Positions 52,601 to 64,000 of a stretch of 64,000 nucleotides of DNA are shown one piece after another. Source of the DNA: Lingula anatina (Eukaryota > Animalia > Brachiopoda); assembly GCA_051362555.1 (NCBI GenBank), contig CM120640.1, forward strand, positions 3,906,001 through 3,970,000. The letters run 5' to 3'. The notes beneath the pieces were generated by a model that was given only the letters and a program-made list of their open reading frames with translations, did no database searches and was not told where the DNA came from. A program made the position numbers and the translations under genes. Position 1 is the first letter of the stretch. Each line of letters begins with the position of its first letter.

Positions 52601-55061
52601 CCTTTTGTTATTGGGCAACATATGGCAAGATTTCTAGTGCACCAAGATAAGCTATACGGGCTGAGCAATCATGGTAGTTCACTGTCTTATGGAACTGTAC
52701 ATGCAAGGTGTAAGAAGAATTTTTTTAATTTATGGATGCCCTTCTTCAGTATAGCTAAGCATATGTGGGAAATTATAATTACCATTTAAAAGTTGAAAGG
52801 CAGCCATACTGCTAGCTTTAAAATGCTGAAAAAGATCAAATGTGTTGCTTCATACCTGATCAGACAAAGTTTTTATTTCATTGATAATGGACTCAATAGG
52901 CCGACTCCTCTCCCTGCCTCTGGTAAATGGTACAATACAGTAGCTACACATGTTGTCACAGCCTCGCATTATTGACCTACAATATATCAGTTTACAAGAA
53001 GTTCAATGTGAATGAAGGATTTAATGCATACATACATGTAAACACAAATACTTATATAAAAACATGCACATGAATGTTGATATACACCACTCTCAGAAAT
53101 TAAGTTGATTCTTAGCAACAGATCAAAATTTAGTATGACTGTTTCTCTGAGAGATGTAAATACTACTTACACAAAGGCAGATTTAGAATTTTCATTCAAT
53201 CTGACAGGCATAATATCTGCATAGGTTTCTTCCATTGACAGCTGAACATTGACTGGAAGAAATGGAAAAACACTTTTTCTGCAATCTTGTAATGTATAGT
53301 TTATCTCTCAGTCTGAAAATTAGTGAGATAATATGAATAAATTCCATGAAAAGCTTTTCTTTTTTTCACAGTTGCACATGGATTAATATTCATGAGATTG
53401 CTTTATAAACTTGTGTTTTTATTAGTTTGGGACTGCAATCTGTGCATACCTGCTGAATGGCCAGCCTGTGAGGAGGCCAGCATCCTTGGTAGATCTCTGT
53501 ATGAATCAGGACCACAGATGATGTCTACATCCTCTTGTTCTAAAAGTTTAGTTTTCAAACGTTCTGCCATGCAGCCTGATAGAAAAAACAGTTCGGCTCT
53601 CAAACTTTAAAAAACCCTGCCATGTGTCAAATTTCAGCTTTTTCATCCACTCAACAATATATCATTATTTTTAATATTTCAATACTCTTCTATTCTAGAA
53701 TACAATCCAACTAAGTTGCAAGAAATACATTAGAATAATCAATTAATCAAACAGAAAGGAGACATCTAGCAAGTTTTGAAACTGATATAAAGCATTTTCA
53801 GGTAAAAGAATAAGATCTTACAAAGTTCTGTATTTTAAACATCTTTGTAATAAAAAAATTAACAATTAAATAAATTACATAAACCTTTACCCAAAATGCC
53901 TATCTTCACAGGAACTTTTGGGTTACGTTTTTGCCTTCTTTTCTTTAAACCAGAGTAATAGGCCAACCGTTTCCTAATCTTCTGCTCAGCCCCCTCTCTT
54001 ATCGCACAGGTGACAACTAACAGGACATCTGCCTGAAAGATAATGGTTATAACTTTGATATCTTAGAATAATTAACTCACACCATATATACAACTCAACA
54101 AAGAACCTTTATTTTATAAGTTTAATGATTCTCCGTCAATTTATGTTTTTCTTTCAACAGCCAAACACTACAGAGACTACAAAGTGTATCTCATCATGAA
54201 AATATGAAATAACTTCATACTTCTGGTAGGCAATCTGTGCGTTCAAATCCTTTTTCCTTGAGAATACTCCAAGCAACCTCTGTATCACTAAAATTCATCT
54301 GACATCCATGAGTTTCTATACACACTGTAAAAGAAATATGTGGTAAACTACCTTATTAATCAAAATTTTTAAATTATCAGAATTGCTTTGAATACATAGT
54401 TATTTTTATAAATAAGCTCATTTCCATACAGTTACATGGGTGAACATAGTTTCTTCATCTTTCTATCCTTATTTCTATTCAGTTGAGTGCTTTATTTTTG
54501 CACAGCAACAATGATTAAATATAATATATTTCTTCAAAATTCTGAACTATTCTTAGTGTTTTTGCATAATGAAAGTCTAACATGCTATCATATTGGTTGT
54601 TTTGTGTGGTTTACAAATTCATAAAACAATCCAGGTGACAGCCGAAAGTGTCCGAAAATTCTTAGAAATAATAATAATTTCTCCTTGATACTGTCACTGA
54701 TAAGAAGTTGGTTACCCTTTCTTCCTTTTCCACTGAGAATTTCTGGTGAAAAATACGGCACAATGTCTTCATTTTCGGATGGACCTACATACTGGTCGAC
54801 TTCAAAGTTCGTGGTGCCTTTAGTAATAAAATAATGAAGCGAAGGGCCGTCTGCAAGCTTATTGCCATACTTTTTAATTTTCAAACCATTTTTAGATGTT
54901 TCCTTTTGAGTTTCCTCATTTTTGCTGTTTGATTCATATTCAGCGATGGTTGAAAACTCCCTTTTAGGTCTTATTGGGCTACATTTTGTTCTGAGGATTG
55001 CAGAATTAGTCAATATTCGACAGAATTGTTTAACAGCAGTTTCCATCATGGGCGCAGACAT
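44861..55061 (-). CDS. CDK5RAP1: Mitochondrial tRNA methylthiotransferase CDK5RAP1 (MiaB family radical SAM), 12 coding exons, ~608 aa
   Basis: Minus-strand exons 55061-54716, 54324-54221, 54032-53891, 53575-53450, 53252-53171, 52976-52856, 52574-52332, 52106-51953, 51643-51513, 51019-50870, 45998-45852, 44941-44861. All introns are GT-AG and phase-consistent (1827 nt). Motifs: [36 protein letters not shown], radical [67 protein letters not shown] and TRAM domain [12 protein letters not shown]. Confidence 0.96.
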
Positions 55062-55370
55062 ATTGATAATATCAAACGCGCGCGTTGAACGTTGTATTGT
55101 TCAGTCTTTGGTACTAAATAGCCATATTTTGCCAAAATAAAAACGACGAAACTTTACAAATCCTCATTCCATGTTTATAAAATATATCAACATCTTAAGT
55201 TGCTTAAGTGTTGAAGATATAATAAAGGAAGGAATGTTACTCAACATCTTTACGACGTGCTATACCAAATAAGTAAATGTGAAGGTCACGTGAAAAAGCC
55301 GAAGAATATTTGATGAATCAACTAGTAACCTAAAACAAGGTTGTGTTTTCATCTGAATGAGTTAGGTAAG
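55062..55370. promoter_or_regulatory. Bidirectional promoter CDK5RAP1/TMEM50 with E-box GTCACGTGA (55285-55293)
   Basis: The genes are head-to-head. A probable TMEM50 non-coding exon 1 ends at the donor ttag|gtaaga (~55365), with an acceptor tttgcag at ~56013. Confidence 0.55.
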
Positions 55371-56080
55371 ATACCTGGTATTATTCTCATTTACTTAACA
55401 ATAAACTTAAGTTTATAATGGTATTTTAACTTGATGGTTGAATAACTAGACTCAATGTTTGACGCGGGCGGAAATTAATGTTGTTTCCAATGTCCAATCC
55501 AGTTCCTCCATTTATCGGCTCCGACGACCCCTCTCATGTTCGAAGTAACTCATTACTGGTATATCTAGACATTCCGCTGGCTCATAAGTTTGGAATTGTT
55601 TGGAAAATAGACAAAAATAACAGGCTATTAAGTAGTCGCCCTCAGAATGGTGCAAAACTGAAAAGTGCACTGCACGATGTGAAAAACTTCAAAAAGAGTT
55701 AATTATATTGTAGTGTTTGGTAGAGGCAAAGGGTCAAATGTAATCATTTCACACCTAGAGGCTGGATTTTTGTTGTTCTTAAAATACAATGTTAATTAGG
55801 TGCAATTCTGTACTTATCAGAACAATGGCATATGGTGTTATACATGAAAATAGTACCTGAGTAAAAGTACACTTTGATATGTAATCTGAATAATTTTTGC
55901 CAATAATTTTGGATAACTTAAATTTCTAGTGCCAAGTCTCTCTGCTCCTCTGTTTTTTGGTATATTAGATACTGGTACTCTTCTATTGAAATGGATTTAC
56001 TTTTATTTTGCAGATCAATTTCTGTGAAACTGGATTGTTGCCCTACTCGTGGTAGATAACAAACATCTTTTGAGCCAAGG

Positions 56081-63554
<7,474 letters not shown>

Positions 63555-64000
63555 GGAGTTGTCAGGACAAACCACCAGATGTCACCTTCAGCTGGGATTA
63601 TTTATTAAATTATGTTTTTTAAGTGCAATGAGAAACTTATTGCAGTTCATTGAATTTGCAGGATCTTTAAATATAAACTAGGACCCAGCAAACTTCATAT
63701 AAAGGAGTAGAACTTGGGCATAGCAATCCTTCTTTTGTTAGTATTTATACATTTTACAAATAAAACAACGTAGCAAGTGTATTATGTTGTTGCATAAGGC
63801 ATGTCTGTCACGTACTGGTATGTTAATTCTTTTCTGTATCATATTTGCCGTCAGTTATCCTTTACCGTTTGAAATCTGTATAGATTCAAAGCTGTAAATA
63901 TTGAATGTTTTGGTGACTGAAAATTCGCATGGCAATTTTAGTCTACATTTCAGACTGTTTTCACTTTTTTCTTTATTGTTAAAGAACAGTCAACACTAGA

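Noticed and set aside
63572-63585. CTCF-like motif ccaccagatgtcac (similar one on the minus strand at ~1206-1218)
   Set aside because: It is an imperfect match, and a single short motif is not enough without ChIP or conservation data.

Overview
This is AT-rich, intron-containing animal genomic DNA, probably from a lophotrochozoan such as a mollusc (inferred from gene and repeat content). Five protein-coding genes can be reconstructed by hand: RSPH3 (+, 7 coding exons, 1595-4446); a single-exon Tctex-1-domain dynein light chain (+, 7522-8193); an intronless CCHamide/excitatory-peptide/bombesin-type GPCR (+, 30693-31937); CDK5RAP1, a MiaB-type tRNA methylthiotransferase (-, 12 coding exons, 55061-44861); and TMEM50/Vps68 (+, 6 coding exons, 56081-63554), head-to-head with CDK5RAP1. 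The intergenic DNA holds Tc1/mariner relics, MITEs, an RTE LINE fragment and non-autonomous Helentron-like (HINE) elements. The most unusual structure is at the 3' end of TMEM50. An 18-copy, 59-bp tandem array there is built from the last intron-exon junction itself, giving a ladder of in-frame alternative 3' splice sites, each with its own short C-terminus and stop codon. A second oddity in the same gene is a ~4.7-kb HINE inserted a few bases before an exon, which now supplies that exon's polypyrimidine tract and a cryptic in-frame acceptor. All calls come from reading the sequence; no database searches were run.
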